A stretch of 64,000 bases of DNA from an uncultured Lachnospiraceae bacterium (GCA_949484645.1 CASYOT010000002.1:2912-66911), one strand, 5' to 3'. Shown: positions 1 through 9,994, counted from the first letter of the stretch. A program made the numbers and translations. The notes: a model not told the origin generated them from the sequence alone.

Positions 1-2
1 AC

Positions 3-173
3 TTAGACAACGTATCTGAGAATACACAGGCAGCAGAATCCCGTATCCGTGATACAGATATGGCTTCTGAAATGGTAGAATACAGCAAGAACAACATTCT
101 TGCGCAGGCTGGACAGTCTATGTTAGCTCAGGCAAACCAGTCAAATCAGGGTGTATTATCATTGTTACAGTAA
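3..173 (+). CDS. flagellin, C-terminal fragment (gene starts upstream of window)
   Basis: Frame-3 translation ...[46 protein letters not shown] matches the conserved C-terminal D0 helix of Hag/FliC flagellins; stop at 171-173. Confidence 0.9.
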   Translation, partial: LDNVSENTQAAESRIRDTDMASEMVEYSKNNILAQAGQSMLAQANQSNQGVLSLLQ

Positions 174-192
174 TATTGAATTATTTAATAAA

Positions 193-222
193 AAAGAGCC
201 GGCGTTTGCCGGTTCTTTTTTA
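193..222 (+). terminator. rho-independent terminator of flagellin gene
   Basis: GC hairpin agagccggc-gttt-gccggttct followed by a T6 run, 20 nt after the flagellin stop. Confidence 0.8.
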
Positions 223-397
223 TATAAAATCTAAAGTTTTTGTATGTATGTCCGATATATACTATAATGAAATCAACATTTTTAAAATCTATTGTAGCAA
301 GGAAGCTGCGCCAAATTCAGGGAGGAAAATTCATGGCATTCAAAATCTGGAATTATTTTACCTAAGTATAATTGAACATTGAATAAGAAAAATATAG

Positions 398-426
398 GTT
401 GACAAATGTCAGCTTTTTATTATAAT
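398..426 (+). promoter_or_regulatory. sigma-A-like promoter (TTGACA-N16-TATAAT) driving the first island genes
   Basis: ttgacaaatgtcagctttttattataat: perfect -35 and -10 hexamers with 16-nt spacer, about 40 nt upstream of the RBS and ATG at 465. Confidence 0.6.
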
Positions 427-464
427 ACAAAAAAATATTGCTGGGCAATATGGAGGGGTATAGT

Positions 465-806
465 ATGGAGGAATTTTCAAATTTATTGTGGCACAATATT
501 GAAATTGTTCAGTGCATTTGTAATAAAATCGAGAATCAGGAAGCGTACATTGAGGATATTCGGGGATACCTTCCTTCTCTTAATCAAATGATTACATCAA
601 TATTTACAAATATGCAGCAAGGGCAAATTTCTTTGGAATTGAATCAAGGCTTTATTATTCAGGCGCTAAATGATATTCTATATGGAATAGAAAATGAAGA
701 TTCTGTATTTTTGCTTGATGTATTGCGATATGGGTTATTAGAAATTTATGGATACATAAGTAGTGAACTGCAAAGTGAGGGCTGTTATGAATCAGTTAAT
801 ATATAA
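465..806 (+). CDS. hypothetical small protein (113 aa), first gene of island
   Basis: ORF with GGAGGGG RBS 7 nt upstream of ATG 465; overlaps the Maf-like gene start by 20 nt, which suggests translational coupling; no recognisable domain. Confidence 0.45.
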   Translation: MEEFSNLLWHNIEIVQCICNKIENQEAYIEDIRGYLPSLNQMITSIFTNMQQGQISLELNQGFIIQALNDILYGIENEDSVFLLDVLRYGLLEIYGYISSELQSEGCYESVNI

Positions 807-2685
807 AAAAAATCTGGAGGCGTTAAATGCGAAATATCCTATATGGGCGGCTCTTATAGACGGGGTAAAACGTAAAAAACGAAATTTCAATGTTGAAGCA
901 GAGCAGAGTTTCATGGGAGAAACTATTTTGAAAGTAACTCAAGATGGGAAAATGCGTTACTTAAATGGAAAATATGCTCCTTCGGCAGTAGTGGAACGTT
1001 GGTTTGAAAAACAGGGAAAAATAGAAGAATACGCGCCAATTGTGATAATAGGCATTTCAAATGGAGAACATATACGACAAATTATAGAACGCTCCCCAAA
1101 GACTTCTAATATTTTAATTTATGAGCCATCTTTTGAATTATTCCGCAGGGCGATGCAAGAAGTGGATTTAACATTTCTTTTTGAGATGGATATTCCGGTA
1201 GGGATTATTGTTGAGGGATTAAATGAAGATGAGTTAGAAGCTTTCCTTTATTTATTTATATCTTATGACAATATGGCTTTTCTTCGGTGGTATATTTCAG
1301 GGAATTATCAGGAATTATTTCCAAAAGAAGTGGAAGAATTTGTAGGACGTTTAAAGAATCATGTGTCACAAATCCATATTGGCTGGAATACAAAATTACG
1401 TTATACAAATGTCAGGGCAGTAAATGTATTTGTCAATCTGCCATATTTAGCAGATGGATACAGCATTCGGGAATTGTATGGAATGCTTCCGGAAGACGTT
1501 CCGGTTATTGTCGTTTCAGCAGGCCCATCTTTAAATAAAAACATTATGGAATTGAAAAAAGCAGTCGGGAAAGCCTGTATTATTTCAACAGATACTGCGA
1601 TAAAGCCTCTCTTAAATGCAGGAATCGTGCCGAATTTCTTTATTATTATAGATGGGTTAAAGCCGGAAGTGCTATTTCAACATAAGGATATATCTAAAGT
1701 TCCTATGGTGACTATGACGGCGGTTTCCACAGAGCCGATGTCATGCCATAAAGGGAAAAAATTCTTTTATGGCGCGGAGTCTGCATTTGAAGATGAACTT
1801 ACGGGAGATATAAAGAGGAGCCGTGACGAAGACAGTGACAGAGTGATACCGTTTCTTGTAACTGGCGGTTCTGTTGCGACTTCGGCATATGCGCTGGGTT
1901 TAAATATGGGAGCTAAGACAGTGATATTAGTGGGTCAGGATCTTGCAATGACCGGGAATAAAACGCATGCAGACGGTACATTTCAGGCGCAGATGGATCA
2001 GATTGACAAAAATAGCGGCGAATACTTTGAAGTGGAAGCTATAGATGGCGGCAAGGTTTTGACGAGACTTGATTTTGATATGTACCGTAAATGGTTTGAA
2101 GACCATTTTAAGCAGTGGAATCATGTCACAGTCGTAGATGCGACAGAAGGCGGAGCATTAATTCATGGAACGAAAGTAATGACTTTAAAAAAGGCAGTTC
2201 AAAAATATTGTGTGCATGAATTTAATGTAAAGTGGCATACGGATCGCTGCAAAAAATTATTTCAAGATGAACAGCGGGAAGTTGTGTTGGATTATTTTGC
2301 AAATTCCCTAAAAAAATTACAGGAAGTGAAGAAAAAAGCGACAGAAGGGATTCGTTTCTATGAACGTCTGGAGAAGATGGCGAAAAAAAGCTCGGTATCA
2401 GATCAGGAGCTTGGAAAGGCTTTGAAAAAAATCAAGAAATTAAATCATTATATGGAAACTGACTATATGGCGCGCACTGTTATGGATAGTTTAGATGGTC
2501 TAAATTTTACGTTAAGGCCGCTTGCTTATCAATTAAGAGAGGATAAACGGAGCGAGCTTTTAGATGTGGCTAGTCAGGGAAAAGTGCTACTTTACGGGGT
2601 GGCAGTTGCAGTAGATGAAGTATCTGAGATAGCGGAAAAGACGATTGTGCAGTACGCCAATTCCAACAGGACGAAACGGAAATAA
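787..2685 (+). CDS. Maf-family (motility accessory factor, DUF115/MptE-like) putative flagellin nonulosonic-acid glycosyltransferase
   Basis: N-terminus MNQLIYKKNLEALNAKYP resembles the Maf N-terminal signature; VIVVSAGPSLNKN matches the DUF115 GPSL motif; about 630 aa, typical Maf length; located next to flagellin. Confidence 0.7.
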   Translation: MNQLIYKKNLEALNAKYPIWAALIDGVKRKKRNFNVEAEQSFMGETILKVTQDGKMRYLNGKYAPSAVVERWFEKQGKIEEYAPIVIIGISNGEHIRQIIERSPKTSNILIYEPSFELFRRAMQEVDLTFLFEMDIPVGIIVEGLNEDELEAFLYLFISYDNMAFLRWYISGNYQELFPKEVEEFVGRLKNHVSQIHIGWNTKLRYTNVRAVNVFVNLPYLADGYSIRELYGMLPEDVPVIVVSAGPSLNKNIMELKKAVGKACIISTDTAIKPLLNAGIVPNFFIIIDGLKPEVLFQHKDISKVPMVTMTAVSTEPMSCHKGKKFFYGAESAFEDELTGDIKRSRDEDSDRVIPFLVTGGSVATSAYALGLNMGAKTVILVGQDLAMTGNKTHADGTFQAQMDQIDKNSGEYFEVEAIDGGKVLTRLDFDMYRKWFEDHFKQWNHVTVVDATEGGALIHGTKVMTLKKAVQKYCVHEFNVKWHTDRCKKLFQDEQREVVLDYFANSLKKLQEVKKKATEGIRFYERLEKMAKKSSVSDQELGKALKKIKKLNHYMETDYMARTVMDSLDGLNFTLRPLAYQLREDKRSELLDVASQGKVLLYGVAVAVDEVSEIAEKTIVQYANSNRTKRK

Positions 2686-2715
2686 TAGGATCACATGATA
2701 CAGGGCATTACAAAA

Positions 2716-2756
2716 AGCAGCGGGCGGCTGAAAATCAAATTTCAGCCGCCCGCGTT
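2716..2756. terminator. bidirectional rho-independent terminator between convergent genes
   Basis: Long perfect hairpin gcgggcggctgaaa-atcaaa-tttcagccgcccgc flanked by A and T runs, between the Maf stop (2685) and the minus-strand gene end (2766). Confidence 0.75.
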
Positions 2757-2765
2757 ATGTATCTT

Positions 2766-3749
2766 TTATTTTAGGTACTTGAACCAATCTTCCGTGGCAT
2801 CGACAATGGTATCCGGCGTCCATACAGGAGCTTTCCGCCAATAGTCAATGTTTTCAAGGACTTTGCTAACGCCATCTTCAAATGAGATTTTAGGCTCCCA
2901 TCCCAGAACATCATGAATTTTTGAAGTGTCAGCAAATGTGCAGTCGGGTTCTCCGGGTCTTTTTGGGATATTTGTGATTTCACCGCCCAATAGTTCACAC
3001 AGCCTGTTTATAGAGTAGGTTCCTCCGCTTCCAACGTTGAATGTGTCTTGTTTGATATCCGACATAGCGGCTGTATAAAAAGCGTCGACAATATCTGTTA
3101 CATATGTAAAGTCCCTTGTTTGAGTTCCATCTCCTACAACGGTAAATGGTTTGTTGGCTAGTTTTTGGGCTAAAAATACGCCAAATACAGCCCCATAAGT
3201 GCCGGAAGTCCTCGATCTTGTGCCATATACGTTGAATAGTCTCAAAGTAATCACAGGAAGACCGTAGACTTGCCCCCAGTGCAAGATGGTTTCTTCCCCT
3301 AATCTTTTTGTAAGGGCATAAGGATACTGTGGCCTGATTTCGGCTGTTTCTCTGGTAGGGTATTGGTCAGGAATGCCATAACAGGAAGATGAAGCGGCAT
3401 AAAGCAGCTTTTTGATATTTGTGTTTTTCGCGCATTCCACTACATTAAACGTTCCTAGGACATTAGAGGAGTAATAATCTTGAGGCCTCTGAATAGATGG
3501 AACGATGTCGGCTAATGCCGCAAAGTGGAAAATGTAGTCCACATCTTTAAAAATAGGCTGGATTTCCTCCTTATTTCGAATGTCCATTTGATAGATGCTG
3601 AGATTTTTGTGGCCTTTGAGGTGATCTAGGTTTTCTAATCTTCCAGTGCTTAAATTATCAATTACGCGGACGTCATGCCCTTCAGATAAAAGCCTATCCA
3701 CCATATGGGAGCCAATAAATCCGCACCCGCCTGTAACCAGTGACGTCAT
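2766..3749 (-). CDS. NAD-dependent epimerase/dehydratase family (extended SDR) nucleotide-sugar modifying enzyme
   Basis: N-terminal TGGCGFIGSHMVDRL Rossmann motif, catalytic YxxxK (YPYALTK), 327 aa; last gene of a gmhA-gmhB operon, so possibly a heptose epimerase or reductase. Confidence 0.75.
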   Translation of the reverse strand: MTSLVTGGCGFIGSHMVDRLLSEGHDVRVIDNLSTGRLENLDHLKGHKNLSIYQMDIRNKEEIQPIFKDVDYIFHFAALADIVPSIQRPQDYYSSNVLGTFNVVECAKNTNIKKLLYAASSSCYGIPDQYPTRETAEIRPQYPYALTKRLGEETILHWGQVYGLPVITLRLFNVYGTRSRTSGTYGAVFGVFLAQKLANKPFTVVGDGTQTRDFTYVTDIVDAFYTAAMSDIKQDTFNVGSGGTYSINRLCELLGGEITNIPKRPGEPDCTFADTSKIHDVLGWEPKISFEDGVSKVLENIDYWRKAPVWTPDTIVDATEDWFKYLK

Positions 3750-4309
3750 ATACTGTTTCCTTCCTTTCTTTCTAATATTTTAATAAAGTCCCTCAAATCT
3801 TTCAATGTATAATCGGGAACTACTATTTCTTCTAGGCGCGCAACTCCATAACCGGAATCAAGCAATACCGTTTTTAAGTTCGCATTTTCGCCAAGCCGTA
3901 TATCACATGCGCGATCTCCAACTACATAAGAGCCATTCATAGTTATTTGAAAATCTGAACAGGCTTTTTCTAACATACCTATAGCGGGTTTGCGGCAATT
4001 ACAATTAAAGGCATAGCCTTGTATCACGCCTTTTTGATGATGTGGGCAGTAATACACAGCATCAACTCCTGTCTCTTGTATGAGATATTGATTCATGGAG
4101 AGAAGCGTTTCTTCCGTGAAATAACCGCGCGCAATCCCGCTTTGGTTAGAAACGACAATCGCATAGTAACCATAAGTATGTATTTTTTCTATACAGCTTT
4201 TGGAGTATGGGAAAATTTCCAGCTCATTTGTGGAACGGATATAGCTTTTTTCTTTAGTAAGAACGCCATCTCTATCAAGGAAAATAGCGGGTTTTGCTTT
4301 CTTTTTCAA
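3746..4309 (-). CDS. gmhB: D-glycero-D-manno-heptose 1,7-bisphosphate phosphatase-like HAD-IIIA phosphatase (GmhB-like)
   Basis: FLDRDGVL HAD motif I, SNQSGIARG motif, about 187 aa, same pattern as GmhB/histidinol-phosphatase family; overlaps gmhA by 4 nt. Confidence 0.75.
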   Translation of the reverse strand: MKKKAKPAIFLDRDGVLTKEKSYIRSTNELEIFPYSKSCIEKIHTYGYYAIVVSNQSGIARGYFTEETLLSMNQYLIQETGVDAVYYCPHHQKGVIQGYAFNCNCRKPAIGMLEKACSDFQITMNGSYVVGDRACDIRLGENANLKTVLLDSGYGVARLEEIVVPDYTLKDLRDFIKILERKEGNSI

Positions 4310-4887
4310 ATGGATGCCCCTTCACTTTCTAATATCATATCTACTATTTGTTGTAAAATTAAATTATGGGCTGATTCCACAATGCCATATTTACTGCAAG
4401 GAGTATAGACGTTAATATCGCCTAATTGCCTTGCCTTATTGTCAGGGCTAAAACCTGTAAATGTAATGACTTTTGCATTTTTTGCTTTGGCTGTTTGAAT
4501 TGCATTGATAATATTTTGTGAATTGCCTGAACTGCTGATTGCCACGACTAAATCATCTTTTTTTACAAGAAAATCCATTGGTTTTGAAAATATATATTCA
4601 TAACCATAATCGTTGCCAATGCAGGTTGTCAAAGCGTTATCATACAGGTTATATGCGTTCATTTTTCCGTTTTTCATAAAATCTGCCGCCATATGGCTGG
4701 CAATGGCAGCGCTGCCGCCGTTTCCTACGAAAAAGAGATTTGAGCAGAAACGTTTATGTTCAAGAAAAACATCAAAAAGCATTTGGATGCCTTCTGTGTA
4801 GGTTTCGTGGTATGAACCGTCTTTTTTTTGTATTTTCGTTGATTCTAATGTTTGTATAAATGTGTTAATATAATTATTTTGCAGCAT
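4306..4887 (-). CDS. gmhA: phosphoheptose (sedoheptulose-7-phosphate) isomerase, SIS domain (GmhA-like)
   Basis: SIS-domain signature FFVGNGGSAAIASHMAADF, 193 aa, typical GmhA size; 4-nt overlap with gmhB. Confidence 0.8.
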   Translation of the reverse strand: MLQNNYINTFIQTLESTKIQKKDGSYHETYTEGIQMLFDVFLEHKRFCSNLFFVGNGGSAAIASHMAADFMKNGKMNAYNLYDNALTTCIGNDYGYEYIFSKPMDFLVKKDDLVVAISSSGNSQNIINAIQTAKAKNAKVITFTGFSPDNKARQLGDINVYTPCSKYGIVESAHNLILQQIVDMILESEGASI

Positions 4888-5496
4888 AATAATCGCTTCT
4901 TTCTGATAATTATTTATAATGTATTAGTATATCACAGGAGTATAGCATGTAACAAGAATTTTTTGTAATGATTCCTGTTATTGATTTCTGTTATAAATAA
5001 TAGAAATGGTTAGAATGAAATAATTCGTAAATGATTGTATTTAATATGTATAAAGTTAAATTAAGGATAAGCCGATAAAAAGAATAAGAGTTAAATTGCG
5101 TTTTCTATCAGCATGGAAGCTGTATTTTATTCAGGGAGGAAGAAGAAATGACGAAAAGGAAAGACATGCAGCGAAAAATTGCATGGGGGGGGAAAATCAG
5201 AATCTACTAAAAAGTGGAAAAAAATTCAAACTTTATATGGATTATCTCAAGAGACGTTAGGGGCAATTTTTTTGTTGCCTTTTTTTTGGTGTCTGCCGTT
5301 TGATCCGGTTATGGCTTGTAAAGGATATAAGTGTGTTGGGATAAGAATGGATAAGAATTGTTGGAAGGACGCCTATGTTTGAAACAAAGACAGCATGGGA
5401 AACGCAGTGAATATACTACAATTCTTTTTTTGCGTTTTATAACATTTTTTGCAACAGAAGATAATATGCCAAAATAGCTGGGAAGAAGGAATTAAA

Positions 5497-7077
5497 ATGA
5501 ATTTAGAAGCTGAATTTGAACGGTTAAAAACATGTTCCCGTATTTTGATTTGGGGCGGCGGTTATCATACGAAAGAGGCGCTAAGGTTTTATAAATCTTT
5601 TTTTAGGGAACGGGACATACAGATTGTAGATAAGAATAAGGCAGGCCAAAGCATAGAAGGATATAAAATTATTGCTTCAGATGAAGCAGATTATTCGATT
5701 GATTATGTTGTGATTATGTCGTCAATATACCATGATGAAATTGAATATGCTTTGCGGAACAGACATGGTTATCAAGGGGCAGTGATAGGTTTATATGCGT
5801 TTCGGAGAGTTCTTTTAAAACTGGATTCATATGAAGAATGTATTGGGCATATGGAAGATTTTGTGTCTCATATGGAACAAGGCATAGCAAGTTATTCTTA
5901 CGACTATATATTTCAAGAAAACTATAGCGTATATAAAAAAATAAGGCTATATGCGTTTTGGGCGTCTTCTATTGGTGAATCAGTCCGGTATTTATCGGCA
6001 TATTATGAAACTGTTTTTAAGGATAAGGCAGAAGATGAATACTGCCTGTTAATTCCCTATATAAAAGGGAATGATTTCGCGAATGGGCAATTTATAGAGG
6101 TTGTTTCCCGTACAGTTCCTATGGTTACATATTGCAACTGTCATTTTTGGGAGTATGCGGTGAAAAAGTACAGAGAGCGTTTTGATTTGACGTCTTATAA
6201 TGAATTTAACGGTATTTTAGTGGATGCATATAATCAATTTGATGAACGGATTATAAACAGGACGTTTTGTGATAAAAAGTTTCCTTTGATTGCCTATACG
6301 CCGGAAGAACGTAAGATGGCGGAATATAAATTAAGGCAAATGGGCGTTTTTGGAGATTTCGTGTGTATATTTGCAAGAGATAACCACTATTTGCAGCATC
6401 AGTATGGACAGGCTTATGGAATTAATGAAATAAGAAATATGGATATCAATTCTTTTAAATCTGCAGTGGATTATTTGGAGGGACAGGGAGTAAAGGCAGT
6501 CCGCATGGGAAAAGTTGTCAACGGGCCGGTCAATCTGCCAAACTGCATAGATTATGCGGCGGATTTCCATAGCGACTTTATGGATTTATATTTATGCGGT
6601 AATTGCAAGTTTTATGCAGGGAGTTTGTCTGGGATTGTTGCGCTTGCCCAGCTTCAAAGCGCGCCTGTGGTTTTGCTCGGGGTGGTTCAGCTGGGGATTC
6701 ACAATTCAATACCATATAGGAGCAGAGATATTTACGTCCCAAAGAAAATATATGACAAAAATAAGAAACGTTTTTTAAATTTTACGGAAATATGGGATGC
6801 GGAAATGGCCGCTAAGGACAAAATATCAAAATATTATGGGGAACACGGGCTTGAGTTTATAGAGCTTGGCAAAGAAGAAATAAAAGAAGCGATAGTGGAG
6901 ATGAACGATAAATTAGATGGAGTGTATCAGGAAGACGAACAGGAAAAAGAACTTCAAAAGAAATATCATTTGCTGTTGGAAAACTGGATATTAGAGAATG
7001 GATACCAGTATTCTTATTTCTTGCATATTGACATAAGCGGCAGTTTTATTAAAAAGAATACATTTATGCTTGCATAG
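5497..7077 (+). CDS. hypothetical protein with PglD_N-like Rossmann N-domain and large uncharacterised C-terminal domain (possible transferase)
   Basis: Start chosen at MNLEAEF with GAAGGA RBS (track start 5449 also possible); N-terminal RILIWGGGYHTKEAL...IVDKN resembles the N-domain of paralogs at 26583, 28033 and 30528; no confident family. Confidence 0.4.
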   Translation: MNLEAEFERLKTCSRILIWGGGYHTKEALRFYKSFFRERDIQIVDKNKAGQSIEGYKIIASDEADYSIDYVVIMSSIYHDEIEYALRNRHGYQGAVIGLYAFRRVLLKLDSYEECIGHMEDFVSHMEQGIASYSYDYIFQENYSVYKKIRLYAFWASSIGESVRYLSAYYETVFKDKAEDEYCLLIPYIKGNDFANGQFIEVVSRTVPMVTYCNCHFWEYAVKKYRERFDLTSYNEFNGILVDAYNQFDERIINRTFCDKKFPLIAYTPEERKMAEYKLRQMGVFGDFVCIFARDNHYLQHQYGQAYGINEIRNMDINSFKSAVDYLEGQGVKAVRMGKVVNGPVNLPNCIDYAADFHSDFMDLYLCGNCKFYAGSLSGIVALAQLQSAPVVLLGVVQLGIHNSIPYRSRDIYVPKKIYDKNKKRFLNFTEIWDAEMAAKDKISKYYGEHGLEFIELGKEEIKEAIVEMNDKLDGVYQEDEQEKELQKKYHLLLENWILENGYQYSYFLHIDISGSFIKKNTFMLA

Positions 7078-7126
7078 CATTCTGGCGGGAACAAAATTTG
7101 ATGAATAAACAGGGGGAATTTGAATT

Positions 7127-8188
7127 ATGGCAGATAAAATCCGAATGGATTCGCACAAATTAATTTATCATCCAGAGAGGGTTGCGGCTTGGAAGCGTGG
7201 AGAAAATATATATCCGATTGAATTGGAAATAGGATTAACAAACGCCTGTAATCATAGATGCATTTTTTGCGCAGTGGATTATACAGGTTACAAACCGACA
7301 ATGCTTGAGGCGGATCTTTTAAAATTAAGGATCAGTGAGTTTGCAGAAAAAGGAGTGAAATCTATTATATATGCCGGAGAAGGGGAACCGCTTTTAAATA
7401 AAGACGCGGCAGATATTATTAATTTCACGAAAAAAAGCGGAATAGATGCGGCGTTATCTACAAATGGAGCATTGCTTACGCCGGAAGCATCGAGAGACTG
7501 TCTGGCTTCTTTGACATGGATTCGTTTTAGTACGGCCGCAATTAGAGAAAAAACGTATGAGAAAATCCATCAATGCCGGAAAGGAGAGCTTAAAACTGTT
7601 TTAAATAATATTCAGGAAGCAGTCCGGACGAAAAAAGATCAAGGGCTCAAAACGACGATTGGCGCGCAATTATTGCTTCTGCCGGATAATAAAGATGAAG
7701 TTGTGGAGATGGCGAAGGAAATGAAAAAAATAGGAGTGGATTATTTTACGGTAAAACCATTTTCGCAGCATCCGTCAAGCGGCAATATCTTGCAAGTGGA
7801 TTATCAGGAATTACTGGAATTGGAACGGGAATTAGAAGGAATTGGAACGGAAGAATTTAAAATATATTTCCGGGCGCATTCTATGAAGAAATTGGCATGT
7901 GAGCGCGGTTATAAGCAATGTCTGGCGCTGCCATTTATGGTATACATTGATGCGAAGGGGAATTTATGGCCCTGTATTGTGTTTATGGGGCAGGAACAGT
8001 TTAGTTATGGAAATTTATATAATGCATCATTTGAAGAAATATGGGAAGGAGAGCGGAGGAAGAAGCTGATTCAAGAGTTTTCCCAGATGGATTTAGAGAA
8101 AAATTGCAGGGAGTTGTGCAGGCTGGATGAAATGAATAAGTATCTCAATGATTTGAGAAATCCCGGACTTCATGTAAATTTTATATAG
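7127..8188 (+). CDS. radical SAM enzyme (paralog A) with Cys-rich C-terminal region
   Basis: CNHRCIFC (CxxxCxxC) 40 aa from N-terminus; GEGEPLL glycine-rich SAM motif; C-terminal cysteines suggest an auxiliary cluster; ends in ...HVNFI like the paralog at 9995. Confidence 0.8.
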   Translation: MADKIRMDSHKLIYHPERVAAWKRGENIYPIELEIGLTNACNHRCIFCAVDYTGYKPTMLEADLLKLRISEFAEKGVKSIIYAGEGEPLLNKDAADIINFTKKSGIDAALSTNGALLTPEASRDCLASLTWIRFSTAAIREKTYEKIHQCRKGELKTVLNNIQEAVRTKKDQGLKTTIGAQLLLLPDNKDEVVEMAKEMKKIGVDYFTVKPFSQHPSSGNILQVDYQELLELERELEGIGTEEFKIYFRAHSMKKLACERGYKQCLALPFMVYIDAKGNLWPCIVFMGQEQFSYGNLYNASFEEIWEGERRKKLIQEFSQMDLEKNCRELCRLDEMNKYLNDLRNPGLHVNFI

Positions 8189-8238
8189 TATCCGTTTATT
8201 CCAATAGGAGAATAAATTTTAAGAGTTAGGAGAGAACG

Positions 8239-9084
8239 ATGGATTTAAAAGAGCGGGCGGCTGAAATAAGAAAAATGATTTTTAAAATGGCATACCGGGG
8301 AGGGAGCGGGCATTTGGCATCGGCTTTTTCGATTGTGGAAATTTTAACGGTTTTATATTTTGGGGGAATTTTAAATATAGATCCGAAAAATCCGGATTGG
8401 GCGCAAAGGGATAAATTGATATTAAGCAAGGGACACGCGAGTTTGGCATTATATAGTGTATTGGGTATGAAGGGATTTTTTCCACAAAAAGAGTTACAGA
8501 CTTTTTGCAAGCCGGGTTCAGAATTCGGAGGAGAACCCAGAATGGGGCATATAACGGGCGTAGAGGCGACTACAGGCTCGCTTGGGCATGGGCTTTCATT
8601 TGGCGTGGGGATTGCAATGGCGCATAAGATGAATGGGGAAGCGAACAGGACATATGTGATAATTGGAGATGGCGAATGCCAAGAAGGAAGCATATGGGAA
8701 GCTGTAATAGCGGCGCCGCACCACAAACTAGACAATTTGACAGTGATTTTAGATAATAACAGGCTACAGGCAATGGGGAAAGTGGAGGATATTCTTGCGT
8801 TGCGCCGCCTGCGGGAAAGCTGGGAAAATTTCGGCTGGGGCATCGCAACAGTAGATGGGCACGATATAGAAAAGCTTTGTAAATGTCTGGATAAGGACAG
8901 ACAAACGGAGGATGGCAGACCGCATTTAATTTGTGCGGATACAGTGAAAGGAAAAGGCGTTTCCTTTATGGAAAGCGAGCCCATCTGGCATTATCGGATG
9001 CCGAATGAACAGGAATTAGAAATTGTATTGCAAGATTTGGGCATGACAAGAGAGGAGCTGATTCAATGCGAAATGAATATTTAG
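8239..9084 (+). CDS. transketolase, N-terminal (TPP-binding) subunit
   Basis: GGSGHLASAFS, GSLGHGLSFGVGIAMA and IIGDGECQEG motifs of the split transketolase N-subunit; 281 aa. Confidence 0.9.
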   Translation: MDLKERAAEIRKMIFKMAYRGGSGHLASAFSIVEILTVLYFGGILNIDPKNPDWAQRDKLILSKGHASLALYSVLGMKGFFPQKELQTFCKPGSEFGGEPRMGHITGVEATTGSLGHGLSFGVGIAMAHKMNGEANRTYVIIGDGECQEGSIWEAVIAAPHHKLDNLTVILDNNRLQAMGKVEDILALRRLRESWENFGWGIATVDGHDIEKLCKCLDKDRQTEDGRPHLICADTVKGKGVSFMESEPIWHYRMPNEQELEIVLQDLGMTREELIQCEMNI

Positions 9085-9989
9085 CGGAACTATATCATCT
9101 TGCAAAAAATGATCGGAATGTGCTTTCTTTAGTGTCCGATAATGGCATGATTGTATATGATGAATTTCGGGCGGCTTTTCCAGAGCAATATTTTAATTTT
9201 GGCATTTCAGAATGCCATATGATTGCGGCGGCGGCAGGAATGGCGACATGTGGGAAAATTCCTTTTGCATATACAATTAGTTCATTTTTGGCGTACCGGG
9301 CATACGAATTTTTAAGGCTGGACGTATGTCTGGAAAATTTGAATGTAAAGATAGTTGGAATAGGCACAGGCGTATCTTATGGCTATTTAGGCCCTACGCA
9401 TCATACGACAGAGGATTTGGCTCTTTTGCGATCACTGCCTAATTTGACTATATTTTCTCCGGCAAGCCCAATGGAAGCGCGCGAGGCGGTACGGGCTGCA
9501 TATCAAATAAAGGGACCTGTCTATATCCGGCTTGGCAGCAGCGGGGAACCGGAGGTTCATACGGAAAAATTTTCTTTTGAAATTGGGAAAGGGCAGGTCA
9601 TATTTGACGGGCATGACATTGCGCTGATAACTTCAGGGGCAATCACGGCTGAAGCGAAAATAGCGGCGGAGCGGCTTATGGAAGAAGGAATATCAGTTAA
9701 GCTGATTAGTATGCACACGATAAAGCCTTTTGATGAGGATCTTATAGCAAAAACGGCTGAAAAGGTTTCTAAATTAGCTGTAATAGAAGAACATAATATT
9801 ATCGGCGGGTTAGGAAGCGCAGTGGCTGAGACATTAGCAGACAGGCAGATTGCAATTCCTTTTTATAGAATTGGGTTATATGATCAATTTGCAAAAGGCT
9901 ATGGAACGGGACAACAGGTACGGATGCAAAATAGGCTGGACAGTGAAGGGATTTATCAACAAATCAGCCAATATGTAAAGGAAGGATGA
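9066..9989 (+). CDS. transketolase, C-terminal (pyrimidine-binding) subunit
   Basis: FNFGISECHMIAAAAGMA and PTHHTTEDLALLRSLPN motifs of the split transketolase C-subunit; overlaps the N-subunit gene by 19 nt. Confidence 0.9.
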   Translation: MRNEYLAELYHLAKNDRNVLSLVSDNGMIVYDEFRAAFPEQYFNFGISECHMIAAAAGMATCGKIPFAYTISSFLAYRAYEFLRLDVCLENLNVKIVGIGTGVSYGYLGPTHHTTEDLALLRSLPNLTIFSPASPMEAREAVRAAYQIKGPVYIRLGSSGEPEVHTEKFSFEIGKGQVIFDGHDIALITSGAITAEAKIAAERLMEEGISVKLISMHTIKPFDEDLIAKTAEKVSKLAVIEEHNIIGGLGSAVAETLADRQIAIPFYRIGLYDQFAKGYGTGQQVRMQNRLDSEGIYQQISQYVKEG

Positions 9990-9994
9990 CAAAA

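Noticed and set aside
438-464. Earlier start (438) for the first small ORF
   Set aside because: ATG 465 has a GGAGGGG RBS at ideal spacing, whereas 438 lies within the promoter -10 region.
5179-5382. 67-aa ORF containing the G8 tract (MHGGGKSEST...)
   Set aside because: Lies in a divergent promoter region and has no RBS. Its glycine run is simply the poly-G read in frame. More likely non-coding regulatory DNA.
8226-8984. 252-aa minus-strand ORF
   Set aside because: Antisense to the highly conserved transketolase N-subunit gene. Low-complexity Ser/Pro-rich translation typical of a spurious antisense frame.
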